Origin: Vicugna vicugna
Lineage: Eukaryota
DNA: 64,000 bases
NCBI GenBank assembly: GCA_013265495.1
Contig: MU057991.1
Location: 1-64,000, forward strand
Direction: 5' to 3'
Positions 13,692 to 27,060 of this stretch are shown piece by piece. The notes under the pieces are model-generated. The model had not been told where the DNA came from, made no database searches, and saw nothing but the letters and a program-made list of their open reading frames with translations. Position numbers and translations under genes: made by a program. Every line of letters begins with the position of its first letter. Within the stretch, counting starts at the first letter, position 1.

Positions 13692-13935
13692 CCTGTCTCC
13701 AGGTGGCCGGTCCCCCCCGGGTCCTATGTCTCCAGGTGGCCGGCCCCCCCGGGCCCTGCATCTCCAGGTGGCTGCCCTCCTAGTCCCCCCAGGTGTCTCC
13801 AGGTGCCCCTCCCCCGGCCCTGCGTCTCCAGGTGGCTGGTCCCCCCCGTGTCCTATGTCTCCAGGTGGCTGGTCCCCCCCCAGGCCCTGTGTCTCCAGGT
13901 GGCTGGTCCCCCCCGGGCCCTGCGTCTCCAGGTCA
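13692..13935. repeat. GC-rich minisatellite, ~33-bp unit (ctgYRtctccaggtggctggtcccccccgggcc), about 8 cores
   Basis: tctccaggt recurs at ~13696, 13729, 13761, 13796, 13825, 13858, 13892 and 13925. Four more cores lie at 14402-14510. Confidence 0.92.
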
Positions 13936-14970
13936 CCAGCCCCCACTGTGGTTGCGCTAGGCTGGTCGTAGACGTGAATGGTGACGAAATAAGATCTCCT
14001 GCTCCCCCCTTAGGAGTGTGGATTTTGCTGGTCATTGGGAGATGCTGGTTTTTCATTATCCTGAAGTGCCTGTTGCAGGTCCCATGATATTTGCCTCATG
14101 TCTCATGGACCCCCAGCTTTGTCGCATCCTGAGTGATGGGAAAGAAGTGGTGTGACCTTGCCTCATCGTGTGAAGGGCGTGTTGGGACCGGGGTGGGAGG
14201 GACAGGGTAGGTACCACTCGTGGTCTAGGCGATCGTGGACAGGCCTTTGGGCTCTTCAGAAAAGTTGGAAATCTAGGTTTCTCTGGAGAGTTTCCTTATC
14301 TTAACAGTGCTGTGGGCCAAGCAGAATAAACATGTCCACTGGTGGCCTTTGAAGCTGACCCTTCTCAAGTCACCTGCCAGCAAGGGTTGAGTGAACCTGT
14401 GTCTCCAGGTGGCTGGTCCCCCCCGGGCCCTGCGTCTCCAGGTGGCTGGTCCCCCCCAGGCCCTGCATCTCCAGGTGGCTGGTTCCCCCCGGGCCCTGCG
14501 TCTCCAGGTCGCCAGCCCCCGCTGTGGCTGCGCTAGGCTGGTCGTAGACGTGAATGGTGACGAAATAAGATCTCCTGCTCCCCCCTTAGGAGTGTGGATT
14601 TTGCTGGTCATTGGGAGATGCTGGTTTTTCATTATCCTGAAGTGCCTGTTGCAGGTCCCATGATATTTGCCTCATGTCTCATGGACCCCCAGCTTTGTCG
14701 CATCCTGAGTGATGGGAAAGAAGTGGTGTGACCTTGCCTCATCGTGTGAAGGGCGTGTTGGGACCGGGGTGGGAGGGACAGGGTAGGTACCACTCGTGGT
14801 CTAGGCGATCGTGGACAGGCCTTTGGGCTCTTCAGAAAAGTTGGAAATCTAGGTTTCTCTGGAGAGTTTCCTTATCTTAACAGTGCTGTGGGCCAAGCAG
14901 AATAAACATGTCCACTGGTGGCCTTTGAAGCTGACCCTTCTCAAGTCACCTGCCAGCAAGGGTTGAGTGA
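13819..14970. repeat. 576-bp head-to-tail tandem duplication (13819-14394 / 14395-14970)
   Basis: cgctaggctggtcgtagacg starts at 13955 and 14531, and caagggttgagtga ends at 14394 and 14970. The unique ~440-bp part looks identical by eye. Confidence 0.95.
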
Positions 14971-16170
14971 TTGCTACATGTAGGTCTGTGTGTTCAGAGG
15001 CGTCTGTCAAAGGTGTTTTCTTGCTTTTATTTATTTACTTTTTTTCGAGTTTACATGATTCTGTAACTCCCAAGGAGCTGGCTATCATGTACAGAGACTT
15101 CAGTTTAAATTATTGACCCCTATACTTACATGTTGAAGAGCAGGACTTCACTGTAAAATTAGCCAAAATGTCCTGCCACCGTCTTCCAAGTGGCAGCACA
15201 GAAAGAGCGTCCGAGGGCACCTGGCTGCCCCTCCTCCTCTTCCCGCCTCGTGGGGGTGGGGGTGTCCTGCTGGGGGGGTTCTGTCTGAAAAACCTGGAGT
15301 CTTTTTTGACTTTCTCCCCAGCCCCAGAGTTGGGACAGGGTGTGACCTGGGTGTCATGATACCCGACCCACCACTGCTGCCTGGAGCTGTCCGGGGGCTG
15401 CTCAGATCCAGGGCGGAGGGGTGACGAATGGCCTCAGCTCCTGCCACGCTGGGCTCCCGGCACACAGCGTGGGCCGGGAGGGCTGACTGTCCCCTCTCTT
15501 CTGGGCTCCGGGGCTGCTGGCTCAGTCATGTGCAGACCGAGGCTTCCCCTCACCCTCCAGGTGCAGGCTGTGGGCCTCACAGCCAGTCTCTGAGGGGCAT
15601 GCACCCCGGGGCCACCGTCCCCACCCCGCACCCCCGCCTCTGCTCAGGGTGTTTCACCGCCGGGAGCCTTCATTCAGGTGTTACTCTTGTTTCTTTGTTT
15701 TGGGCACGATATATCTGTATATTTTTTAATCAGCTTTTTAACTTTGGAAGAGTTTGAGATTTATAGGAAAGTGTCAAAGCTAATACAGACTTCCTGCATA
15801 CCTCTGAGCCACTTTCCACTGATCTAACGTCTGACTTCACCACACTGTATTTGCTAAAAAAAAAAAACAAACCCAAAACCAACGCAACCTACATTGGTAA
15901 TGTTACCATTAATGAAACTTCTGGCTTTTATTTCTGTTCCCCGGCTTTCCTACTTGGGTCTCTCTGTGTCCCATGCTGAAGTGAGGCCAAGTCCAGCTTT
16001 GCCCAAACTTCCCGCCTTGCCCTTTTCTTTGTGTGTCCCCTTTGTGTAACCATTCTCAACTTGGTGGAGTTCCTGGCAGTAACTACATGTTCATCGTGGG
16101 CTAAATTTTAAATACAAGAGCCGTAAGCCCTGCCCGGTGATGCATCTGTCCGTTTAGAAGGTGTACACCT

Positions 16171-16307
16171 CGGGGGAGGGGAAGGCTCAGTGGCAGAGCG
16201 CATGCTTAACACGCACAAGGCCCTGGGTTCCACCCCCAGTCCCTCCATCAAAATAAAAAATAAATAAACCTAATTACCCCCCCAAAAAACAGCAAACAAA
16301 CAAGCAA
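16171..16307 (+). mobile_element. tRNA-Ala-derived SINE (Vic-1-like)
   Basis: tRNA-like head and A-rich tail. Perfect 16-bp TSD tagaaggtgtacacct at 16155-16170 and 16308-16323. Confidence 0.93.
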
Positions 16308-16860
16308 TAGAAGGTGTACACCTTGCACTAATGTGGCTGGGAGCATCTCAGGGAACTTCGAGGCTGACTAGGAACCAGGGTACCACCCGAGCTCCGTCGG
16401 ATGCATAACCAGGGTGGCCCGCAAGCTGGGACTCCAGCGGCAGTGCTGTCTGTTTTATTTTTCCAGTCACACCAGGGTGTAATCATACATGTGTATTCAG
16501 TTACGCAGGCCAGGCCAGAAATGGGGAGCAGGAGAGGAGACAGCTTCGACTGTGCCCTGGCCGTGCCGGGGCTGGTGGGACACCGGGGGGAGGCCCCGGG
16601 ACAGGACGGGAGCGCCTTCACCTCGCAGCACCAGGGTCCTCACCTCATCTCCCCAGGGACCTTGTTGGATAGAAACGGTGTTCATTTCAGCTTGTTACTG
16701 ACTATAAATGACGTATGTTGTATGTTGCTGGTGGATTTTTTTTGCTGTGTTGTATTTTTAAAAAAGGAACATATGCCTGTCAGTTGAGAAGTTTAATAGT
16801 GCCAGAGCTTCAAACTAAAAATGATGCAGGAAAAACAGATGTGGGGCCTGAGGAGGGCCG

Positions 16861-17110
16861 TGTTCCAGGTCCCTGTTGAGTCCCCAGAACGCACCCCGCC
16901 AAGTGTGGGTCCTTGGCTTCGTGCAGGAAAGAATTCAAGTGTGAGCCACAGTTGAGTAAAGGTAGATTTATTTAGAGAGAGACACACTGCATAGAGCGTA
17001 GGCTGTCTCAGAAGGCGAGAGAAAGGCCACGAGGTGTGCGGGCTGGGTGCTCAGGTTGGAGCCAAAGCAGGTGCACACTCCATAGACAGAGTGGGGGCCG
17101 CCTCCTTTAT
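16861..17110 (-). mobile_element. ERV1-type LTR fragment
   Basis: gggtccttggcttcgtgcaggaaagaattcaag...ggtagatttatttag reads as a reversed R/U5 region with AATAAA on the minus strand. Family not determined. Confidence 0.55.
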
Positions 17111-20100
17111 GTCCTTTGATGTCATAGTCACGTCCAGTTTCGCCACATCCCTGTCGACACTTGTGATTGTCTGTCTTTTATGCTGTGGTCAACTGAGGGA
17201 GTGTAAGGTGGTGTCTCGCTGTGGTTTTGGACTTGCGTCTCCTCAATGATCAGTGAAACGGAGCATCTGATTCTGTGCTTATTGGCCATCCTTGGAGAAA
17301 TGTCTATTCAAATGATGGCCGATTTTAAAAAGAAGAGTTTTATTGAGATATAACCCACATACACGCAGCTCACCCATTTAAAGTGTAGAATTCAGCAGTT
17401 TTTACATTCACATGGTTGTGCCAGTCAGTTTTAGATCCTTGCCGTGACCCCAAAAAGGAACCCTGTGGCCGTTTTTAACGGCTTGTCCTTTTATCGTTGA
17501 GTTTGCAGACGTCTGTATACAGGTCCCTCGTCAGCTGCAGGACTTGGCACATCTTTGCCCCATTCTGTGGGTTAGCCTTTCACTTTCTTCATGGTATTAT
17601 TTGCAGCATAGCAGTTTCAAATGTTCATGTGGTCCAGTTATGTTTTTTTCTTTCGGTGCATCCGCTTTGGGCATTTTTTTTCCTTGTGTGTTTAATTGAC
17701 GTTTATTTCTGCAGCATCCTCAGGCCCTTTTTGAGATCTAAGTCAGATATAAAAATAAACAAGACAAAGCTGTGTGACAGGGTGATGGCACTGCCCCCAT
17801 CCAGGCGCATCCCAGCAGGGACATCTGTCGTGAGTTTTCTCTGAGCACTTGTCTTCAGCCAGGCTTCTCTGAGTCCTTTCTCTTCAACCTCTGCTTCAGG
17901 TGCAGTTGGGCCGGGCGGCTGCTGACCGCCCAGCGTGGTGGCCAGACCTCGTCTGCGCTTCCCTGCTGCTGGCAGGTGGACCGCTCAGGCCAGTCACAAA
18001 GATGGGGGGCAGTTCGTTGATTCAGGAGCTAAAAAGAAACCGGTTGGCCAGCCAGGGAACGTAGCCAATGTGCGTACCATTGCTTCTGTGCAAAAAAAAA
18101 AAGGGGTCCTAAATTCAAAAATCATCAGTTTAGAAATAGACTTTTGAAATGCGGTCCAAGTGGGGCTGTACCTGCGTTCATTCATGGCTGCTCTTTTCCA
18201 CAGCTGTTCCATCACACACAGGGAGGGCTGTGCGTACGTGCAGTTTTAATGTGCTGTGTGTGTTTTATGTCCCAGAAAGACGCTCATCCGTGTGTCCCGC
18301 TGCTGTCCAGCTCCTGAGCCTGCCCACGGGCATCGCTGCGCCAGGATCGGCTGGAAGGCGGTGTGCCCCGCAGACCCCCAGTCTACCGGGGGGAGGGGGG
18401 ACACGGGCTCTGCCCAAGGCTGGTCTCCGCAGGCTGTGGCCCTTGCTTGTGAAGGGCTGTTATCCACGTGAATGAGTCAGAGCCTTTTTCCCTCTTCCTT
18501 TCAGACTCCCGTTTGGCCGCTTCACGGCTCATTAGTTTTATTTTAAGGACGGGCAGAGAGAGATGAATTGGAGGAAACTGAACTCAGCCTGGAGCTTTTT
18601 ATAAAAAGGGATGGATACCAACAGACACTGCATTCTTAAATTACCTGGGGATTTCATCTATGTTGCCCTTGTCCCGTATCTTCATAGAGAATTGATTTGA
18701 TTTTTTTTAAATGCACATATATGGTGTAAACAAAAAAGGGTATGAAACAGAACATAAGAGTCTCAGCCTCCCCTCCCATCTCCCCACGTCTAGACTCTCT
18801 GCAGGGGGAGAGAGTTTAATTTCTCTGTTAAACTTCTTTTGCAGCCCTCTGAATTTTTTTTTTAATTATGTGCCAGATACTTTGTTAAAAGTACGCAGAT
18901 GGGGTCGTATGTTACACAGCGTTCTTCTGCATCTCTTGTCTTCTTTTTTTTTGTAAGAGAGATTTCTTGGAGCTATTTGCATGTTGGCATGCAACGCACT
19001 GAGCGCATCCTCCTTGGAACTGCAGGGTGTTCCCTGACGTGAATGAGTGCAGCTCTCTTAAATCGCTTCTGATGGGCATTTAGGTGCTTTCTGGCGTCTG
19101 GCTGTTAGCAGCGCCCCATGAAACCCTTGGGCAGGTGTCTGTCTTACGCTCTTTTGTGCGTTTGCATTGAGGGGTTATTCTGCCTGTCTTTAAACCGTCG
19201 GAGGCCGTCGTGGTCTATAGTGATTCTCTCTGTGGACTCACGAGGCTTTGGGTTGTAGGCGGATTTGCTGTGGAAGGTTTGGGTGCAGCCCATACTCGGA
19301 TTTTTGTTTTTGAGAAGATGCCTGAGCGATTAAGTTAGAAAAGGTCCCAAATAAAAGGTCTGTGTCGGGGTGTTGAACTTACACTTGGCGTCTTTGTAAT
19401 GCTTTGGAGGCTGGAAGGACTTTAGCCAAATCCTTGCCTGGACTGGAGACGGGCTTGGGGGAGCAGCTTGGTGAGAGAACACAGCCCCAGGCAGGGCACG
19501 GTGCAGACAGCCCCTGGGCAGAATGGGCGGGGGGCACCTGCCCTTTCTGGGAAAGTCTACAGGACTAGACTTTGCAACGTTTCCTGATCAAGAAGCACTT
19601 CCCCAGCGAGATGGACACACGATCTGCAGAGTGGATCAGCAGTCAAGTTCTCTGCCACGTCGTCAGCTGGTGAAGGGAGGTGTCCTGCAGCGCAGGGTGT
19701 GGGGTTGGGGCTTGTGTGGCCGAGCCAGGCTGCAGTGGGACACGTGGCTCTGGCCGTGCGAGCGTCCCTGCTCCGACCTGCAGCTTCCCACGCGGGGCCT
19801 GCGAGCTCCTTGTTGGCTTGTGGGGGAGAGCTGGCCAGGGAGACGATGGCCGGGAAAGGGGACAGTCTCAGCTTCACGCTTTTACACTTACTAGCTCACA
19901 GAATCTTCGTGATACCCTCAGGGAGGTGGACTTTATCACCTGCACGCAGTGGAGGTGTCACTGGGGATCTCAGTGGTCCACCCGGAACGGGTTTCATTCG
20001 ATGGCAGGTGACTGCGGGCCGACCTCTGACTACACTCCTTTGCTCTGTGTCCTTCCTGGCACCCAGGACGGTGCGGAGCTGGACGCGGGGCATTCTCACT

Positions 20101-23100
20101 CGCTCAGGTGGTTGGGTGAGCGATGGCTGAGTTTGCTGAAACCTGGCCCGGAGTTTGGGCATCTGTTCTCCGAAAGAAGAGGCGTTGGAGGCGACCTTCC
20201 CGGAAACTCCGACGTGAATGACTCATACGCCTCCGCTTGTGTGAAGGGCGGCCTGATCGCTGCTGCCTGCCGCGCTAGGGGCGCGCGCTGGCGTTCCCGC
20301 AGTGTCAGCATCCCCAGGAGCGCCGTGTGAGCCAGAGGGCCAGCTGCCTCACCTGGCAGGGGCCGGGGGGCGGTGCACGGTGCTAAGCGTGTTCTCTTTT
20401 CCGATCGGCCTTTCATGAGCCCTCTGGGGGCTCGGGACACCCGTGGGGAGACCAGCCTGGCTGTGAGGGAGCAGCCTCTGTCCACACGGTCCTGCTCGCT
20501 CCCCTAGGGAGTGCTGACAGCCCGTCCCAGTTCAGGGGATTGGCTGTCAGGTTGAAAGCTCTTTGATTTACCGCAGGCATTCAGCCTGCTGTCAGAAGAT
20601 GGCCTGTCCCTTCCCGCTTCCCCCTCCAAACTCCTCAGACATGACTTTAATCCAGTCGTGTGCCACTCTCCTGCCTCCTTCCCCTCGGCTCCGCTGGGGT
20701 CCGGTCCATCTTTGCTTCCCGCAGCAGCCGAGCTCTCCATCCTCGCTGTGCTGAGCCTTGCCTCTGTCTTAATTGGAACGTGAGCGGGGCGGGTGTCCAA
20801 ACTGCAGTGTGTTAAGCCGAGTCAAATTAAAACGTTTGAGCAGGCAGAGGAGGAAGGGGATATGCAAGCATTTCCACAAGAGCGTTTCCTGAGCCCCTGC
20901 CCGGGGCTGGACCCCGGAGGTAAGAGGGCGGACGAGGCAGGACCCTCAACTTCAGAGGCTCCCGGTCTGCGGGAGGAAGCCAGACAGCACGAGTGGGTGG
21001 GCAGGGTGGCAAAGAGGGGGCATTTGAGACCCCCTCCCACCAGCTGCAGAGTGGGGGCCGCACGCTGTCCTCCTGACACGGGACAGTCCCTCCCTGATGA
21101 CCCCGTGGGACAGCGCGCCCCACGCTCAGCGTGGGCTCAGCAACCTGCCCCTTCACGCTATATTTTTAGGAGCAAATAAGAAGATCACACAAATGAAAAC
21201 CCTTGTGCTGTATGAAAATGCTGGAGTGCTGAAGATTTTAGTAAAAATTTAATCAGAGCCCCAAGGGGAAAACTGACATCTCATTTTTAGGAAAACTCAG
21301 GAAGTTTTCATCTGGGGACACCGAGCCTGGCCACACACAGTGTTAGCTCCAGGGAAGGGCATTCCCGGAGGAGATAAAGATCTAGACGGGTCATCAGGGA
21401 TGTGCTGTCTAGACGCAGGTGGGGGCAGGTGGCCGTGGGGGGGCAGGGGCGGGACGCCTGCTGGGCTGGGGGGCACAGCCGCGCTGGGGCTCTGCTCTCC
21501 TGCCTCCACGGGTCTCCACCTGCCTCCTCTTCCTTGTCTTTTCACCCCCCTCCTTTGCCACCAGCAAGTCCACGCACGCCCACCATTCGCCTCCCGCCCC
21601 AGAGAAGGCTTGACGCCCAGGAGGGTGGAGATGGGGACGCAGGACACGGCGACAGCCATCGGAAACGCTAGCTGACAGAGCCGGGAGACGGAGCTGTACG
21701 CACTTTGCTGAGACTCGCCCAGAAACAGGGAGCATTGCCCGGAAAGTGCGGCCGCCCTCCTCCCTTGGGTGTCTCCGGGTACCCGCCACGCCACCCCGGC
21801 CCGCATCCTCAGCAGGAGGAAAGGGAAGGAGGGAAAGCTTAGGAGGGTCGGGGCACCCGAGACAGAGCATCGAGAGGGTGATGTGCCCAGGAGAGCAGCG
21901 GAGTGTAGCTGCTGCCAGGGGTGGGCAGGCGGGTCCTTCAGACCACGTGCCGCCGGCTGTGTCGGGGCACAGTTCCTTTCTAACTCACGCATTATGCACC
22001 CTGTGCATGCAAGGGCCAAGTGTGCGTCCCGCTCATGTGTCCCTGGCGTCCTGCTTAGGAAAGCGAGGGCAGCGAGCAGGGATCAGCACCAAGCACTGTG
22101 TTCCCTGGAAGCGTGGGGTGGGGGGTCCAGGACGGCGCTGGGGAAAGGGGGGTCGGGTCAGCGGGGTCCTCCCCGGCAGATCAGATTGAGGAGGAACCCC
22201 GAGTTTCAGCTGGGACCTGCAGGAGGGGCGGCAGGTGCCGGGGGTGCACGTGGCGGTGCCCTGGTGAGTGGGACGACCTCATGGGATTTGGGGGACCCAG
22301 CAGGGGCCACGCCGCCTCGAACTCGGGGGGGCTACCACTTGTTCAGCCTTTGGTCGTGTTTCGTCAAATCTCAGCTCTTCTCCATCCCCTATGCTCCCGA
22401 TGGTTAAAATCCAGACCTTTCATCACTGCGTGTCCTCACTCAGTCCAGCACACTTTCCCTCCAAAATGTAAGTCAAAGAGGGGAGGCTGGTGCGCAGCCC
22501 AGGTTAGGGGACCCTCCTCTGCCCTTTTCGGCATTTTGCTACCAAAGCCGCTGTCTTTGCTAACCTTTGTAGGCATTTCTGTCCACAGAAGTTGAGAAGT
22601 GACTAATTTCTCCCTAGCCTGGTGGTTAAGTGTGTCTGTTAATCCCTTCTCGGGGCTCTGTGTGCTGTGGTTGGAAACAACGGATTTTTTTTCGTCCTAT
22701 TCTCACTCACTGCCTTTGAGGTCATGAAAGCAGCATCTCCCGCCTTCTTGCCCCCCGCCAGGTTGCCGGGCTCACCTGAGGGCCTTTGCACGTCGGAACT
22801 CCTGCGCTGTGTGCTCCTGAATGAGTGATGTTTTGTGGCATTTAGAAAATTTGCCATGGAACCCCTCTTGGCCGCGGCCCATGCATGCGTTCATTTCGTG
22901 TTGTTCTGTGCCCCAGAGTTCCACCTCTGAGTATTTTTCGCAACGAAGAACTTTCTCCTGAGAGCCAGAGGGACTGGCCTGTGGTTTGCCACCCAGCCAT
23001 TCTGGGCGCCTTTGTTTTTGTTTTGCTCTTAGAGAGGTAGGAAGTGATAGTTCAGATGGCCGAACAACCCATAAAAGGTTGCTCGCGGGATAGAGGTGCG

Positions 23101-23199
23101 CTAGTCTGTGTGGTTTTGGTAGAGCAGGCAGACAGCTAGACATGAGCAGAGAAAGGGGGACGCAGGCCACATGGCGGGAACTGGGCAGAAAGGAGGGGC

Positions 23200-23280
23200 N
23201 NNNNNNNNNNNNNNNNNNNNNNNNNNNNNNNNNNNNNNNNNNNNNNNNNNNNNNNNNNNNNNNNNNNNNNNNNNNNNNNN
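23200..23280. other. Assembly gap (81 N)
   Basis: Run of n characters. Confidence 1.
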
Positions 23281-24069
23281 GATGAGGGGTATTTTGGGGT
23301 GAAGAGCAACCTGGAGACCAACAAAGAAAGATGGAAAAAGGCAGGAATCTCCAGTGAGTGTCTGAATGTAACCTTTTGCTCATTATGCCCTCATTTCAAT
23401 AAAATTAGCCTGCAGATCAGAATTCCCCATCATGCACCGATGCTGGGACACTTCTGACCCAGAGTAAATAAGGACAAAAATCCGTCCTCCCCTCGGGAAG
23501 GTGGGGCTGGGGTGATAATCAGGGAACAGGACCCCAAACCCTTCCCTCCCCAGTGAATATTCTGCCCGTTCGTTTTTACACCCTGTGTAACTAACTTGCC
23601 AAAGAAACTCGGGGCAGCTGCTCACCTGAGTCTGCCCGCTCCCCCCGTGAGAGTGTGCCGTCCATCCTTTGGTAAATTTTCACTTTGCTTTTTTTAAGCA
23701 CTATGTCTTGTCTCTAAATTATTTTGGGGACAGGGCAAGAACCTGGAACACCGGGTACATCCACGGGCAGCAGTTTCAGTTGGCATTTTTGGTTTCTTCT
23801 AGCAGTAAAGTGATGCCTAAAATAAATCTCATTCTGGCTCCCTGTGAGAGGTGTGGCAGACATTCCAGAGAACGAGACTGTGAATTATTGTCACACGGGA
23901 AGCTGCAGCGTCCGGGCACTGGCAGAGAAAACACACAGGCAGAAGCTGGCAGACCTCACTCGAGCCCAGCTTTCTGCCTGCTTCTTGAGTTCACTTGGCC
24001 CAGTTAAGTCACCTCTCCACACTCCATAAATGGAGTGAGCTATCCCACCCACCCCCCAACCCAAGGGGC

Positions 24070-24610
24070 GATGATTTAATCATGCCGGTGGAGCGAAGCC
24101 ACCGTAAACCCTAAAGGACAGGGTGCAGAGAGCTCCTGGGGTGTTGAGCCCGTGGAGATGCGGGGAGAGTGGTGCGCCCGGACAGCGCGGTGGCTCTGTG
24201 CTCCCCACACCTTGCCCTGGGCGTCTTCCACCTGGCTGCTCCTGGGTTACATCCTTTTATAATAAGTCAGTGATCTCATGAGTGAAATGTTCCCAGAGTT
24301 CTGCGAGCCTCTCTTGCAAATTAATGGAATCCAGGGAGGGGCTTGTGGGAACCGCCAGTGTGTAGCTGGTCGCTCAGAAGCACCGGTGACAACCCGGACG
24401 TGTGCCTGGCATCTGAGTGGGGACTGGGGCAGTCTTGTGGGACTGAGCCCTGCCCTGTGGGACCCGGTGCCGTCTCCACGGAGACAGTGTCAGATTGAGC
24501 TGAACGGCAGGGACACCCAGTTGGTGCTGGAGGGTTGCCTGGTGGCGGGGAAAGCACACACATGGGGTGTCAGACGCGTTGTGGGTGTGGCAACGTGTGA
24601 GAGTGACAGA
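24070..24610 (+). mobile_element. MER21-like ERVL LTR remnant
   Basis: aaaggacagggtgcagagagctcc...ccccacaccttgccctg...gagttctgcgagcctctcttgcaaattaatgga...cttgtgggactgagccct resembles the recalled MER21 consensus. Confidence 0.65.
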
Positions 24611-26629
24611 GAAGCAGTTGTCCAGCACGGCGGCGTCCACATTAAACTCCACGCTGAGCTAGAACTTGGATGACACGACGGCCTCGTAAATAATGTTTCA
24701 CGTTGATAATTATGTTTCACAAATAGCATGGTTTTCAGAGTGCTTGTGTTCAGTTGAGCACGAACTGAGTTTTGAACGTTTCAGGGGTCCTGTCTTTTGC
24801 ACCAGCTTCCCATTCTGTGCCTTGTCGCCACAACAGCTTTGTTCTGATTATTGTCAGAGGAATTTAAGACTCAAGAGAGAAATATTTGTAAAGTAACCCC
24901 GAAGAGGCCACGCTGTCCAAAAATAACGTTGTAAGTTTAGGCTTATGTGGTCCCATTCCTTTTCCTATGAATATGTCTTTATTTTTCCGTTGTTAAAATG
25001 AAATGTGTGTAAGGTGTTTTAAAGTGAGTGCATTAAATGGATGTTTTCCATGATGTTAAACTTTTTATAAATATGGTTTTAACTGCTGACCATACGAGTG
25101 TTTGTTTCATTAATCCTTTCTAACCCTTTCACTAGCTTTGCTAATCGCTTACTTTTTATTTACCTCCTGAGTTGAATAATGTTCGCTTTTGCTAACCATT
25201 TATATTGCCTTCATTTAAATATCTCTTTATACCCACTCTCTATTCTTTATTGGACTATAAATCATGTGCTTTTTAGAGCCAAATTGAATAGAAATTTTGG
25301 AACAAAATGTTACGAGTTCCATACAGAAAATGTGAAGACTGATTGCCAAAATGGACAGTGGGAAAAAGTTATCTCCGGTACCACCGGAAAGATAATTTAT
25401 TGTCAATATTTTGGTGTTTATTTTTCCACAGTATTTTCTCTCTCCTGTGATTTATAACAGAAATATACTACGCCAGGTACACTATTTTATGGGCTTTATC
25501 TTTCTTTGCAAAATTTTCCCATAATTGTATGTTTCTCTACAACCTGACAGCGTATGCCTACCATCATGTCTTTTGGATGTATTATAAATTTGGTAGCCAA
25601 ACCCATATTCTGAAAATTCTGGTTATTGCCAGTTTTTATTAATACTCTTTTTCACAATCGTTAATATTATTTCCTCGGGACCAATGTTAATAACCGTGTT
25701 TAAGTTACGTACATTTTTAAAGGTTTTTTTTTTTACATATATTGAAAAATTGTCCCCCTGAGACATTCCATTTATATTCCCATCTGTGTTATGTGATATG
25801 TCTTTTTCTTCACGGCCTCATCAGCCGTAGATACTAATTTTTTCTTTTAAAAAAATTTTTTGGTGGATAAATCCATACCATTGTAATTTATATTGATTTG
25901 ATTACTAATGAACTACATCTTTTCAAATAGATTTATTGACCTTCTCTGTTTTTTCTTTGAAAAATGCTCATTTCTGTGACTTTTATTCTTCTCCTTTTGG
26001 GATTTTTATCTTTTTCTTATTGAATTATATAAGCTCTTTATTGTTTAAGGGTATTAATCTTATTCTACTTGAATACTTTGCTCTGTTGTTTTAATTTCGA
26101 TGACCTCACTGAATGATGGAATTGGAGGAGATCTGCCTTCTACCGTTCTTTTGTTGAAAACTAAAACGGGTAAAGCAAAGAAGCTTTTTTAAAAGTAATT
26201 TATAAGAGTTCACAGAATTTTTCCAAGGATATGCAGGTAGAACTAAGTATGTCTTGCAGTCAGCATGTCCCTAGAGTCTTCAAGATATTCGTAGATGGTG
26301 CCCCATCTCTGTTGGCTGTTTGCTGGCAGTACATGAATTCCTGGTGTGATTCCTTCTATAAGGCACGGGAGTCGCTTTTATTTTTGTTCCTCTGAGTTCC
26401 TCCCCTTTTTTTCCTTTAGTCAGTGATGCTTGTGAGAAACCTCATACTCTTATTTCTTTAAGAAAAAAAGAATCAAGGCTCCTGAAAAGAAAAATGTCCA
26501 TAAGCCAAAAGATTAAGTAATGAGCACTTAGGGAATTGATTTAAATTCTGATACAGGAAGCATTATCATTCCTTTTATTATTTGAAATTCAGAGACCTCG
26601 AGATAATTAACTGTCCCTCCGTCCGTAGC

Positions 26630-27060
26630 TTCTTTTCTTTTACTGAAATATATAGTCAGTTTATAATGTTGTGTGAGTTTCTGGTGCACAGCGTATTGTT
26701 TCAGTCACACATGTATGCACATATGTTCCTTTTCATATTCTTTTTCATTGTACATCACTACAAGGTATTGAATATAGTTCCCTGTGCTGCACAGTAAGAT
26801 CTTTCTGTTTATCTACTTTACATATAGTAGTTGGTGTCTGCAAATCTCGAACTCCCAGTTTACCCCTTCCCACGCCCTTCCCCCCGCTGGTAACCATAAG
26901 TTTGTTTCCTACGTCTGCGAGTCTGCTTCTGTTTCTCAAAGAAGTTCATTTGTGCCTTTTATGCAGATTCCACGTACAAGTGATACGACATTTTCCTTTC
27001 TCTTTCTGGCTTCCTTCACCTAGAATGACAATCTCCAGGGCCATCCATGTTGCTGCGAAA
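26630..27060 (-). mobile_element. L1 3' end
   Basis: Reverse complement of the shared L1 3'UTR (tagtcagtttataatgttgtg...gccatccatgttgctgc). Confidence 0.85.

Noticed and set aside
20268..20290. CTCF site (cgctaggggcgc)
   Set aside because: It is one G short of the core consensus spacing, so it cannot be supported by eye.
21297..22407. Long ORFs (240 aa, 212 aa) and similar ones at 19680, 49165 and 55647
   Set aside because: They are overlapping, low-complexity Pro/Gly/Arg/Ala-rich frames typical of stop-poor GC-rich intron, with no recognisable domain or splice support.
22772..23383. 203-aa minus-strand ORF
   Set aside because: It is an artefact of translating through the 81-N assembly gap.
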